A stretch of DNA of 62,970 bases, filler included, from Intoshia linei (Eukaryota; Animalia; Orthonectida): NCBI GenBank assembly GCA_001642005.1. It is 7 parts of 7 records of this genome, joined end to end, with 100 filler letters (N's around TTAATTAATTAA, not from the genome) between each part and the next. Parts side by side here need not be neighbours in the genome. Positions count along the whole stretch, not along the records: positions 15,204 to 38,316 come from LWCA01000572.1; positions 38,417 to 49,559 come from LWCA01001200.1; 5 more parts are not named here. One strand, written 5' to 3'. This document shows positions 26,801 to 38,779 of the stretch, in pieces; the stretch's first letter is position 1; every line of letters begins with the position of its first letter. Position numbers and translations under genes: made by a program. Below the pieces are notes generated by a model. It searched no databases, was not told where the DNA came from, and saw only the letters and a program-made list of their open reading frames with translations.

Positions 26801-28616
26801 TAAAACATTAATATTTTTAACTCATCATAAGAAGATACTGAATATACAGGTTTATTTACAATTTTATTTTTTTATGGAATTTAAGCTTAATTATATCTAA
26901 TAAATTGAATGGGATCACAAAATTATTGTTAACATTCTATATAAAAATGCTAACCAAATAAAGTTAAGTGCGAATTGTTCATTTAAATTAAAAGGTAATG
27001 TGAAATTCAAGTTTAGGAATGAAGTCCGCCCTCGGCAGAGCTAGGTGCTATTTGTACGTAGTACAAAATAGCCAAGCTAGTAATGTAATATCCATTTTAC
27101 AACTTTTTTTTTAATTTTTGCCACTGTGAACGGGTTCTACTTTAATAATAATAATAATTACCGGATAAATATTCGTTTTTATATCAGGAATACAACCTTT
27201 CTTATATTTAAGAAAGTTTCCTCGGAATGGGATAAGTTTCGGATATAAAGGACCATCGGTCAAAATGGACATTTTGTCAGAAAATAATCCTCCAGCGGTA
27301 ATAACGTACTTTGATTTTACCGAGTTGGTCACATTCTACTTGAATTTATAAATATTCCAAGTATGGTTACGTTTTTTTTGCAAATTGTTTTGACTGTGTC
27401 GCCATCCATTTCAAATTTTTGGCACTCGTGTTCTAAAAGAATATCGCCACCCATGTCTTTAAAATCCTTTCCAAAACTTTCCGTTACCATGTGCCAGTCT
27501 ACAATACCCGTATCATTCAAATATATGGCGCGTAGACCCTATTGCGATTATAATAAAAATTTTAGTGCATATACTGAACATAAGGGTTCGATTGATTTAA
27601 TGGCATTGATATTGTCTAAAAATTCAACATTGAGTTTGTTCCTTTTTGATCGTTCATAAATAACATCCAACATTTTAAAGTGATGTGGTTTTGTCGCAAC
27701 AATCAACTATTTATAATGTAATAATCTATTTAAAATGTAGTCCTGAATGGGAGAAAAGTGAATTTATGAATAAGATTTTTTAATAAGATATATAAAAAAT
27801 TTTCTGAATCAGTCATTTTGCCATTTCAGTCATGAAGAATTTTCTTTAATTTTAAATTTTTTCAATATCCATCATTCAAAAATCCACTTTTACCAAACCT
27901 TAAGGAAAAAATCCCTTTTATCAAACCTTCAAATACAATCCAAACGGACGGTAACATATATTGCTTGTACAGTTTGCATTAAAAAAAATTTCATTCGATA
28001 ATTGCAAGGTTATTACAATTCTAATATTTAATTGCATATTATTACTTAGTATGATTCACTATTCAGAATTTTTTTACTGTGATTCACTATTTAGAAATTT
28101 TTTTACTGTGATTTACTGTTTAGTGTGACCGGTATTTTGTCGTAGTAAATATACTTATAAATTGAAATTTAACTTAAATGTTCATTTTTCTTCATCTTAT
28201 AGTACGACAAAAATATGGTCAGGCTACTTAATAATAAAACCTTTCCGCATTGATTATGTTTAATTTTTTTTTCCTTCAAATAATCATAACTTCGCCTCAT
28301 ACCCTCAGTACACAATTTGGCTTTCAAAGATTCTGGTCTATAGTAAACTCCTGCATGAATTACTCCACTAAAAGTTGTGAATTGTGTAACCAAAAGTACC
28401 TGTTATATTTGGATTGATGTAAACCTAATCAAAAAAATTTATTGAACTATGTACCCTAAATTCTAACCTAACGATTTTTCCTTTTCAATCATTGCTATAC
28501 ATAATTTGCTGTTTTTGAGTAGCAACTGTCTGCATATAGCGGCTCCAACAATCCCTATTATTACTGAACACTTTTTTTAAATAAATACCTCCACCAATAA
28601 CTGCAATGTCATACAT
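20873..28616 (-). CDS. L2HGDH: L-2-hydroxyglutarate dehydrogenase (FAD-dependent)
   Basis: MYDIAVIGGGIVG FAD motif; [50 protein letters not shown]..LGPN. The last exon 20873-21089 (GVRAE..VDDFIFE..HIRNAPSPACTSSLAIA) follows a ~4.3 kb intron. Tiny introns of 34 nt (28555-28588) and 32 nt (28368-28399). Confidence 0.95.
22423..23417 (-). mobile_element. Internally deleted Tigger/pogo element
   Basis: CENP-B-type HTH (AKKYKLSLGCINGIIKN..IDEKLFEWI..LSDEMIK..FKASN) joined directly to a C-terminal tail ending ITDYF, so the DDE domain is absent. ta|cagtcagacctg end with an imperfect inverted copy near 23400. Confidence 0.75.
23749..24193. mobile_element. hAT MITE
   Basis: Perfect 15-bp TIR cagtgctttccaacc; TSD cattactg/cactactg (7/8). 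Confidence 0.85.
25865..27080 (+). mobile_element. Full-length non-autonomous Helitron in an L2HGDH intron
   Basis: 5' end a|TTCTTACTTAC (family consensus a|TCCTTACTTATATAA), 3' hairpin ctatttgtac-gta-gtacaaaatag then CTAG|t. Inserted between A and T with no TSD. Confidence 0.85.
28050..28125. repeat. ~30-bp tandem repeat, about 2.5 units
   Basis: tgattcactatt(c/t)agaa..ttttttactg repeated. Confidence 0.7.
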
Positions 28617-28693
28617 AAATAAAAAATTTAAAATAGGTTACGCAATAAAAAATAAAGTAATGAATGTAACAATTTAATTTTTACAGCTACTAA

Positions 28694-30380
28694 CTACACT
28701 GTGTTTTCAGTATACAACTCGATTTGTAAACAAAATAAAGATATCATGTTGATAAGAGGATCATAATTGTAATTCTCAAAATTAACCAATCTAATTAAAG
28801 ATTCTCTAAATCGCTGAGTCATAGATACAAAATTCTTTAGAAATAGTTTCGTTTGTGGATAATGTAAACCTTTGGGTTTTGTTCTTTTTTTCATTTGTTT
28901 AATACACAATTTAAAATATAATTGAATAAAATTAACGAATGCTCCATTTTTGTCGTTATTTATGTAATCAATAAAAAGAACTTGATCAAAATTGATACTT
29001 TCGGTAAAATTATACATGAGGATGTGTACATTTAAAATTTCAATGGGTAGTGATTCATAAAAACAATTATGACAATTTCGACAATTTTCCAAATTTATTA
29101 GCCAGTTCTCATAAATATATGCAGCGTCGTCATTCAAGTTTTCAACACTTTCAAAAACAAAATTCAGCTTCACCATTCTTGTACATAGTTCAATCATATG
29201 GTCGTCGTCTTTAATAAAAATCTTCATTAAATGATTCATTGTCGAATAAACGTTGTTGATTTTAGTAAACAGTTCATCTAAAATTAACTATAAATTCCAA
29301 TTAAAATTATTGTAAATTACGAAAAATATTGAAATCTTTTAAAGTTGAATTATTTACAAATTGGTCCAAGTAAAATATCATTTCATTTAAAAATATTAAA
29401 ATAAATAATCGAATAGAAACATTGTCCTGTTTTTGAACGCATGTTATAAATTTTAACCGACAGAATCGGTTATTTATTAATGTTTCAAAACTTTCCAGTA
29501 AAGCATAGTCATTGAATATTAACTGAAAACTCGAATTAGCAGGACAAGACTTTTCTTTTAAACGTTGATATTTCAATAGATAAGAGAATGTATTTCGAGT
29601 TAATAGGGTTCTATCAACACATGTATCACAGGAATATTTACAGGTCATTATTATTGATGATAAAAGATGTATACAGTGTTTACATAACATGACAAACCAT
29701 TGGTCCATTTCAAAGAAAAGGTTCTCTCTTCTTTTATGACATTTTATAATTTTATACATCAATTTTGGTAAAGTCTTAACATTTTGCAAATAATATTTTT
29801 TTAGTTGTACATTGTTAATATTGAGCAGTTTGGTAAAAACAATTCCAATGTATTTATAAACAAAATGGGAAAACTCTTTAAAAGTAAAATATAAAAATTG
29901 TACTTAATTCAAAATACCTGGATAATCATTAATACTACTCAAAAATTTCATAAGTTCTGTCCAAATTATCAAATTGACGTTATCAAAATTTACATTTTCA
30001 AAATAGTTTTGGTAAAAATCTAAACCACAATGTATAATATATAAATAGTTTAAGCATATCATATTCAATGAATTCTCAGAGTAATAATCAGTTAAAATAG
30101 ATAAATAATTATCGGAATTTTTTAAGTAATAACGGTTAAATTGTAATTTTATTTATTGAATCACATTCTCATTTAAAATATTACGAATATTTTGAGCTGA
30201 TTATGCAATATTATACTCATCAGGTAAAACGTGGCGAATATGTCTACGAAACCAAAAAAACCTACATTCTGTGAAATATTTTTAAACTTTTATATTTTAA
30301 AATATTACTTATTTGTCATTGGAAGAGTTATTAAAGATTTCATAATATATCAATTAATAAGCATAATACGGTGCGACACT
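28694..30380 (-). CDS. LINS1: Protein Lines homolog (Lines_N/Lines_C)
   Basis: FIKDDDHMIE matches the Lines_N F.EQDD.MIE motif. NVHILMYNFTESINFDQVLFIDYI..FVNFIQLYFK and LIRLVNFENYNYDPLI match Lines_C. The 5' exons are uncertain. Confidence 0.7.
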
Positions 30381-30712
30381 GAAAAATACAACATCTTAAA
30401 ATATATATAATTATAATCCTCTCAGTTCAGAGCAGATAATTCTTTTCAGATTTTTTTTTTGAGAAACGTTATTCCAATTTAAAATTCTAGATATTTTACA
30501 TGACTATTTTAACCCAAATGTACGTATTCGTTTAATTTCATTATTTATTTTGCTTTACTATTAATATATTAATTATACTTAAAGTTAAAATATGTTATTT
30601 TGAGTTCTAAGCTTTGGAATAAATTCCCAACATCTGGTAACTCTGTAATAAATTATAAAAATAAACAAAAGTTTTATATTAAACATTTTATATTAATTTA
30701 ACGAACACAGGC

Positions 30713-30855
30713 CAGTAGCGGATCTGGGTGGGGTGCAGGGCGGTTCAATAAATTATAATAAAAATACAAATTTAAATACATTTATGATTTAAACATATGA
30801 GTTTAGCTCCTAATAATTATTTCGCCCCTGGCAGAAAATCCTAGATCCGCCACTG
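30713..30855. mobile_element. MITE (CAGT-ended)
   Basis: TIR cagtagcggatctggg / cctagatccgccactg (14/16); no clear TSD. Confidence 0.65.
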
Positions 30856-31193
30856 CCCTAGGAATATAGTTTTGGACCCAATCGGTAACTACTAGCCAAT
30901 GGTAAAATTGGATATATAAGTTTTTTCTAATAAATGAGCTACAATCATTGTAGTACAATGTAGAATACAATAATGTCGTTTATTTTTATAATAGGTTTAC
31001 AAATAAAATACGAGACGATAAAAAATAATAGAAAAAAACATTAAGTTTTTTTAAAGTGAAAATATTTATTTTTTGGTGGTACAAATAGTCATGAAATTGA
31101 AATAGCTAATATGTAGTTATGTGAACCTGTTCGAAGAAAAATAGTTTTATTGTCATGTATTACTACGCAAAAGTTTTTTTAAAAATAATTTAA

Positions 31194-31407
31194 CCCTTTC
31201 ACTGTCTAATACTATTTTATGATGCATCACCACACGTCTGGAATTTATGTTTTAATTTAAACTTGTATTATTTTTAAATTACCTATGTGAAAATGTATGA
31301 AAATAAAAGAATAAAGTTTTTCAAAATTATGCTGTGTATATCAGAATACACAGACGTGTGAAGTGAAACTTCTGTGTATAGTATAGAATACACAGACAGT
31401 GAAATGG
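31194..31407. mobile_element. piggyBac-type MITE
   Basis: TTAA|ccctttcactgtct ... agacagtgaaatgg|TTAA (13/14 TIR, TTAA TSD). Confidence 0.8.
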
Positions 31408-31568
31408 TTAAGTAGGTTTAAAAACACCTAAAATTTATATGCTCAATTTAATGAAATTATGGGAAAGTGAAAAAAATATTTACGAAATTAAAACTTAATT
31501 TACTCATTATAAAACTAAAAAAAAATTGCAATAATATTTAAAAAACGAGAAATAAACATAAAGGTGAA

Positions 31569-31825
31569 CCTTTAATTTTTGATGCATAACGTAAATTCGA
31601 TTCAAGCCAAATATATAAAACCTTTCGCATCAAATGTATGATATTGGCATCGATGTTCAGATTCACAACAGATATATATTGGTGAATTAAAATAACTGAG
31701 CAATCAGTGATTAAAATTGGTTTGCATTCAACTATCTTTTGCAAATCGATTAATATTGAATTTAATTCGCGTTTCTTCAGATTATTGTTTATATCTAGAT
31801 TTAATATACGTGAAAATGCATCCAT
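31569..31825 (-). CDS. Coding exon of unknown identity, possibly the first exon of the LINS gene
   Basis: ATG-started, helical-looking ORF (MDAFSRILNLD...) with a candidate donor (AAAG|gttcac) near 31569, same strand and upstream of the LINS exons. Confidence 0.4.
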
Positions 31826-32299
31826 ATAAATTTAAATATTTGATTAATTGGGCGAGATTGCGTACAGTAATGTAAGATAAAGTCAGAGAGATTTATTGAA
31901 TTGACCAATTTTTCAAAGTTGAAATTGAAGAAATTGAAAGAAACTAGAAATATCTGTACATAACTTAATTTTCACTTTTTTTAATTTCTATAGTTGTAGT
32001 TTTTTTGTTAATGATTTCAAATTTTTAACAAATTGTAAATTCAAAATTAAACAAAACAATTCAAAATCAATACAAATGAGTATTACAAATTTCACAGCGA
32101 AAGTTTCACTTAACTTGAAAATTCTTTACAAAGTTTTATAATTAACTTTTAACATGTAAAAGTATTATCAACCATTTGGGTGTTGATTAAAATAAAATGT
32201 TTTCTTTTCATCAAAAAAGAATTTGTACAAATTACATTTATATAAGATTGAATGTCTGTGTGTTACTGTGCAATATATTTAAAAAATTAACAGTCGTAG

Positions 32300-33050
32300 A
32301 ATTAAAAAACCCAATTTCTAATACAGTTTTTCGCAGGGATGTTGATATCTATGTTTAATTTCCGAATTTGAGTCCTTAAGGGTCGAAAAACTAATGTTCC
32401 CTTTTTTTTTATAAATAAAACATCCCAAACGTTTAGTAAAACCAATTCTGGGGCACTTTTTAAAAGCATTATCATTGTCGTAAATATTAGCCTCAGAAAC
32501 ACATCTACATGGTCAAAAGCCCAAATTGCCCTTTGTTTTAAAAATTAAAAATGTCCTAACATTTTATAAAATAAATTCTCGGATATTTTTTAAAATCACA
32601 GCAACATCATAAATGGCAACCTCAAAAAAGTGAATTTTCACAATCAAAACTACAGATTACCCTTTTTATAAAAAATGAAAATAGGACCTTATTTAAAAAT
32701 TCGAAAGAATGACAGTTGATACATCTATATTCAGTTAACACTCACAAAAAATTTCCATCTGACAAAGTGATGCCTTCACGGTCAAAAAAGCACTTTAGTA
32801 TTCATTTTTTTTATATCGCAACTATTATATTAAAACAAAAAATTTGAAATAATTAACGGTCCTATAATTAAAAAAAAAAAATTATTCTGATACAGCTTAT
32901 TCCAATTGATGTAAATACAAAATTTCAACCTCAGAAATGTACGCATTCCCGGTGAAAAATAATTTAATATATTATTAACCAATATTTTTTAAATGTTCGG
33001 ATTAACATAAAAAATGTAAATATTCATCCTACAATTTCAAAAAAAATGTT
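32300..33050 (+). mobile_element. Helitron family internal fragment
   Basis: Shares gccttcacggtcaaaaaagcactttagta and acgcattcccggtgaaaaataat with 26260-26460. Confidence 0.65.
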
Positions 33051-34197
33051 CATAAGGGTTCATGACCATTTTGATATAATTGTGGATCAATTGGAAGCAC
33101 GTAACATTTAATTTTTATTCTTTACATTGCGCGTTGTACTATCTATTTTAAATGAAAGGTTGGTATACATTTTATGAATTTTTAATCATTTACAAAGAAT
33201 TATTTTTTTAATGGTTCATCGAATTCATATACAAATGGGTTTCTCCATGACGAAAACATTTTGACGATGCTACATTTTTATTAACATTGTATTAGTATTA
33301 AATACTTATGTAGAATGAACACTGGAAAAATTTACATAAATATGTGTGTAAATATTATAAAATGGATATACATTTGTTAACTCGATCACGATTGCTTTTG
33401 CTGTTGATGCTTAAAAAGGTTATTTTTTTTGTTATAACAGTAGCTTGTCATTTATATCTTTTATCTTTATTAAAATGAATACCCGTTTGTGTTACCGTTT
33501 AATTATAACATTAAAAATCACAATTTATAATACAGTTTTTCGAGCGTAAGGTTTTAGTGTACATTTCATGTTTAGAAATTGAGTTGTTCATGTTGAAAAA
33601 CCCAACTAACTTTTTTTTATAAAATAAAATAAATTATAGAATTTAAAAAAATGTGACATTGGTATTTTTAGTTATACATCTGTAGTTTTAAAAATCATGA
33701 TCATTATCATATATCGCACCCACAAAAACTTGCATCTTAATTATCAAAATCCTATAGGACTCTTTATTTTTGAAATGAAAAAGAGTATAAGGATTTTAAC
33801 AAAATCACATTTAATACAGTTAAAATGTCACATTTTTAATCACAGAGCAACGCTTTCATGTCAATTACTCAGAAGGCCGCACCAAATGGTTAATATTGTT
33901 TCACGTTTTTACCTGCATTACCATAATAAATAAATATAACATTTTGAATTATAGATTTTAGAAATTTAGATTTATTTTAGAAAAGAAACGTCAACTGTAA
34001 AGATGCAAACGGGGATGATGTATCATTCAATGATTTAATATCACGTAAATATTTTATTATTAAATTTTTAAACGTAATTGAATAAAGTTGTTATGAAACT
34101 CTAAGAATATAAATAAGGCAAAAGTTTTTGGTCATGGTGAAAAATTAAGGTTCAGTTATATGAAACTATTTTTAAATTGAAATTAATTTATTGTAAA

Positions 34198-34490
34198 TCC
34201 TTACTTATATAAAATGCAATATTTGTTTGCGTGTGTTATCATTTATTTCAATAACTACCAGTCATATAATATTATAAAGACCACATTTCAATTACAGTTT
34301 TAGTCTGGAATGTTAGCAAAATAAATTTCAACATCCCAAACTCACATCTTACGGGTCAAAAATCCAATTATCCTTTTTTTTGAAAATCAAAAGTTTTCGA
34401 GAATTTAAAAAAATATACACTATGATTCGGATTTTAAAATCATAAATATTATCATAAATTTTAAATTTAAATTTAAATTTCATATAAAAA
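34198..34490 (+). mobile_element. Helitron family 5' fragment
   Basis: a|TCCTTACTTATATAAAATGC start. Confidence 0.7.
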
Positions 34491-34998
34491 TTTTTCAAAA
34501 TAATGGGACCCACCACGTATTATCAGAGTTTGACATGGCTGATGTACATTTATATTATCATACTTTTATAGATAAAGTAATCGTTTAGATAAGGATAGAT
34601 TAATGATGGATAGAAAAAAAATGAATGAATTTTACACTATTCTTAATAATCTTAAGATAATTATGGAAACTGATAAATCCAAGTTTCCAGAGTTGGATAT
34701 TATTATTGAACAGTATGGAAAGGTACATTGACTGTAACATTATTATACAGTTTAAACAAATCCTTGTGATCTCGACAGTATATGGATACTTTTTGAGTAT
34801 ACAAAATTTGGTTTTCATGCAATTTAATATTATAATCATTGTGGCTCTAGAAATGGGCCATTGTTAAAAAAATTATTGTCAAGTTTCACCGAATTTGTTG
34901 GAAAGAACTCCGACGAAGATTCTACCCGACCGGTCTGTTTTTGAGAAAATTATCGCAAAATTTGTTTGAAATAATATTAATATCAAATTTTAATAATA

Positions 34999-37900
34999 GA
35001 TAAATCTTTTTATATTTTCCGGAAGATATTTTGACGAGTTCAACTAATACATATAAGAAAATGCGTAAAAAGTCAACAATAATGTTGGTGCATTGGATTA
35101 GGTTGCAGCTTGCAAAGTATTTTCTCGACTTGTGTGTTTTCTTACATTATATGGAAATAAAAAATATAGTATCAAAAGTGAACAACCTGATCCCATATAA
35201 TTTACATTGTTCACGAGTCACATATAGCGGATTACCTTTATAATCTAAAAATATTGCTAGATTATGTTCAACTCTATGGCAATCCAGGTACAAACTTACG
35301 TAGACGAAGAATCTGTTGCAACTGGAATTTATTTGGGGTAAAATTAACATTAACTTTTAAGTTTTTTTAATTATTTGATTTTACCAACAATGAATAATTA
35401 AATTATAACAAATTAGCTAATAATTATTTTTATGCTTTTGTTTATTTACATGTTTGTTAATTTATGTGGATATTTGATAATTAGTTATTTATTAGATTAT
35501 CCAAATTAAATCACAGTTGTAAATTCAATGTTACTCCTTTATTTGATGGTAAAAAACTTGATTTATATGCATCAGTTCCAATTAAAAAAGGTGAAGAGGT
35601 TTATAATTTATTCAATTAATAATTATAAGTCTTATATAAATGTGTAAGTTATATATAGCCATATAGTTATTACCATATAGTTGCATATGTATATTACATA
35701 TGGCTATATAAATATAGCACATAGTTATTATGGTAAGCTACAATGGATCTACATTTCGTAGAATCTAATGTAAATTCTGACGTTTATACAAATATATTGT
35801 GTAAATCCTATATGCCGNNNNNNNNNTAAATGTTGTATGTAAAAATTTATGAAAAATAATTTATCAATTAAGAAAAGAATTAGCAATTAAAATTCGTCAA
35901 AACTATGTGAAAAGTGTATATAAATGCAAAAAAAACAATTTATAAATTTAATTTTTTAATAACTAATAATTAAATAGATTCCCACCTTTATTTTCTACAA
36001 CTTCAGTTAATCTTTACGGAAAGGATTGAACCAATCGGCGAATTTCATCAACTTCCAGCGAGTCCCAAATAATATCAATTTCAGCTTTTAATTCGTCAAG
36101 ACTACGGTAGACCTTGCTGCCAGGGCGAGAAATGTAGATTCATTGTAGCCTACCATAATAACTATGTACCATATAGTATATAATATAACATACTATATAG
36201 CTATATATAATATACATATGTAACTATATGGTAATAACTATATGGCTACAATGGATCTACATTTCGTAGAATCTAATGTAAATTTTGACGTTTATACAAA
36301 TATATTGTGTAAATCCTATATGCCGTTCCATCAAACCGGGTTTATATTGATGAAACACAATGTTAGACCTCACGTTTCTACTAAAACTTTGGATTTTTTG
36401 AAAGAAAATAGCACATCGGTACTTGATTGACCACCTTATAGCCCTGATTGTAAACTAATCCTGTGATTGTATGGGCTATAATGGTTCGTCGTCTATACCC
36501 TGACAGCAAGGTTTACCGTAGTCTTGACGAATTAAAAGCTGAAATTGATATTATTTGGGACTCGCTGGAAGTTGATGAAATTCGCCGATTGGTTCAATCC
36601 TGTCCGTCACGATTAACTGATGTTGTAAAAAATAAAGATGGCAATCTACGTAATTACTAGTAATTAAAAATTTATATTTATAAATTGTTTTTTTTTGCAT
36701 TTATATACACATTTCACATAGTTTTGACGAATTTTTTAATCATAAAAATTTTAATTGCTAATTATTTTCTATATTGATAGATTATTTTTTATAAATTTTT
36801 GCATACACCATTTATAACATCAAGACATTTATATACTGCATAAATAACCTACATATATAGCTACATATATATACTGTATAGCAACTCATAAATACCATTA
36901 TTCGAAGAAATTAATATTTTTCACATAGTTTTAGGGATGCGTTTACAACTTATGTACTGCAAAACACTAATTCGGTGATTATTTTCTTACTTTACGGTCG
37001 CTCCCGGTTGAGATTACACAATCATTGGATTAAAAATTGTACCTTAGATTCTCTAGGATAAAAAAATTTCATTTTATATTATTCATACATGATATTTACA
37101 GATTACATGCTGTAAATTATATCACATTTATAAGAGTTATTCGTAAATATTTTACTGTAGTTGTAAATTTAATATCATGTATTTAGATGACAATAACATA
37201 TGATCCAACTATTACGTACATTCCTAAAAGTAGAGAATATATAGAAAATCATTATTATTTCACATGCAATTGTAATTTTTGTGGTGACAAGAATTATGTA
37301 ATTTTACATATAATGAACAATGCGTATGGCTCGTATGGGACCGGACAAGTAAATAGGCACGGGAAATTTTAAACGCATATTAAACTATTTTTAACCAATT
37401 TATAGTGCTAGATCAGCGGTTTTCAACATACTTCACGGTTGATACAACTACATTTCAATAAAAATTTTTTTGTACCCTATAATAATTTGTATTTAGTGTA
37501 CCTATAGTACTATATGAATTAAAAAAATATGTTAAAAATTGCGGAAACCACTGTGCAAGATCAACTCATCATTTAATTATTGTTCAACTACTTAATCATT
37601 TCTTAATTATAACAATTAATTTGATTAAAATTGATTTAGCGTCATTAAAAATAAAAATTTTATTTAAATTTTACTGTAAAATTACAAAAAAAGTAGCAAA
37701 ATTAGTACCCAAAAATGTATTGTGCCTAGCCACCTTTTATAATTATATATAAGAGTCTCTACTTGATAATTATGATATTGATAAAATGAGATAGTCATAT
37801 TTTACAAAAAATCTGTCAAGAAGCCTCCCCTAGCGGGGAGGGCATTCAAGTACGCTGGTTTCGGTTCAGTACTAGTTTTAGATACGACAATTCGGCGATA

Positions 37901-38008
37901 GTTGATTAATCATATGATTTAAATTATTTGATGTATTATTGATTAATTTAGAAAAATCTACACACTATATCAAGATGCATATGTAGTGGCCCAATTATTT
38001 ATAATTCT
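34999..38008 (+). CDS. SMYD-family SET-domain lysine methyltransferase (5' and 3' ends unresolved)
   Basis: Spliced exons give IMFNSMAIQ..VATGIYLG|LSKLNHSCKFNVTPLFDGKKLDLYASVPIKKGEE|MTITY..REYIENHYYFTCNCNFC, i.e. NHSC, GEE..Y and the post-SET YxFxCxCxxC typical of SMYD. Confidence 0.75.
35650..36815 (+). mobile_element. Tc1/mariner transposase remnant with rearranged duplicate segments
   Basis: FILMKHNVRPHVS (cf. QQDNAPxH), D*PPYSPD, VW..MVRRLY..DELKAEI..W; inverted and direct partial copies upstream. Confidence 0.75.
37414..37553. mobile_element. hAT MITE
   Basis: cagcggtttt/gaaaccactg ends; TSD tgctagat/tgcaagat. Confidence 0.7.
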
Positions 38009-38476
38009 GGTAAATTTTATGTAATATGATTGGAGTTTGATTATAAATTATAATATACTAAAATATTATTGTAAATTGTACAATAAGTTATTCCAATTTG
38101 GACTTTTTTTTGAAATTTAAAAAAGACAGATATAAGTAATAATTTGAATTTAATTTGCCTTAGAATGATATAAATTTTTTTAGTTTTGTCACAAAAAATT
38201 GCGCGTTTTTACCTTTTTCTGTTTTGCTAACATTTTTCCCCTGTAGTTGCCATGAATTTGTTATAATTTTAAGATATAACATAGATCATGTGACACTAAT
38301 CATATTAATTAAAAAANNNNNNNNNNNNNNNNNNNNNNNNNNNNNNNNNNNNNNNNNNNNTTAATTAATTAANNNNNNNNNNNNNNNNNNNNNNNNNNNN
38401 NNNNNNNNNNNNNNNNGGTAGAAAAATTGTTTTACTTCATCAAGATAATGCTATAAAAGTTAAGGAATGTATATAG

Positions 38477-38741
38477 CAGGGGTGCACAACCTACGGTCGT
38501 GGAAATACATGTGATCATAATGGAATATATCATTTTACTTCAAATTCAAAAGTTTAGATCAGATTTTATTCAGAGTTTAAAATATTTTAATCAAAAAGTT
38601 ACATTTTTGACTTAGGCCACTTTCTCAAAATGGATTTAAGCTTTCTTAATCGTAAAGCGTCAAAGTAAATTTTGTGCGGTTGTAATATAATTGAGTAAAC
38701 TAGTTTTGCGATTAAATTGGTGAAAATGTTGTGCACCCCTA
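38477..38741. mobile_element. hAT MITE
   Basis: TIR caggggtgcacaac/gttgtgcaccccta; partial TSD gtatatag/gtatacat. Confidence 0.7.
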
Positions 38742-38779
38742 GTATACATTCATATACCCCTGGTAGATGAACCAAGTTT

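Noticed and set aside
28050-28125. CRISPR-like ~30-bp repeats (also the TGTCAGT arrays)
   Set aside because: No unique spacers, no cas genes, eukaryotic intronic context.
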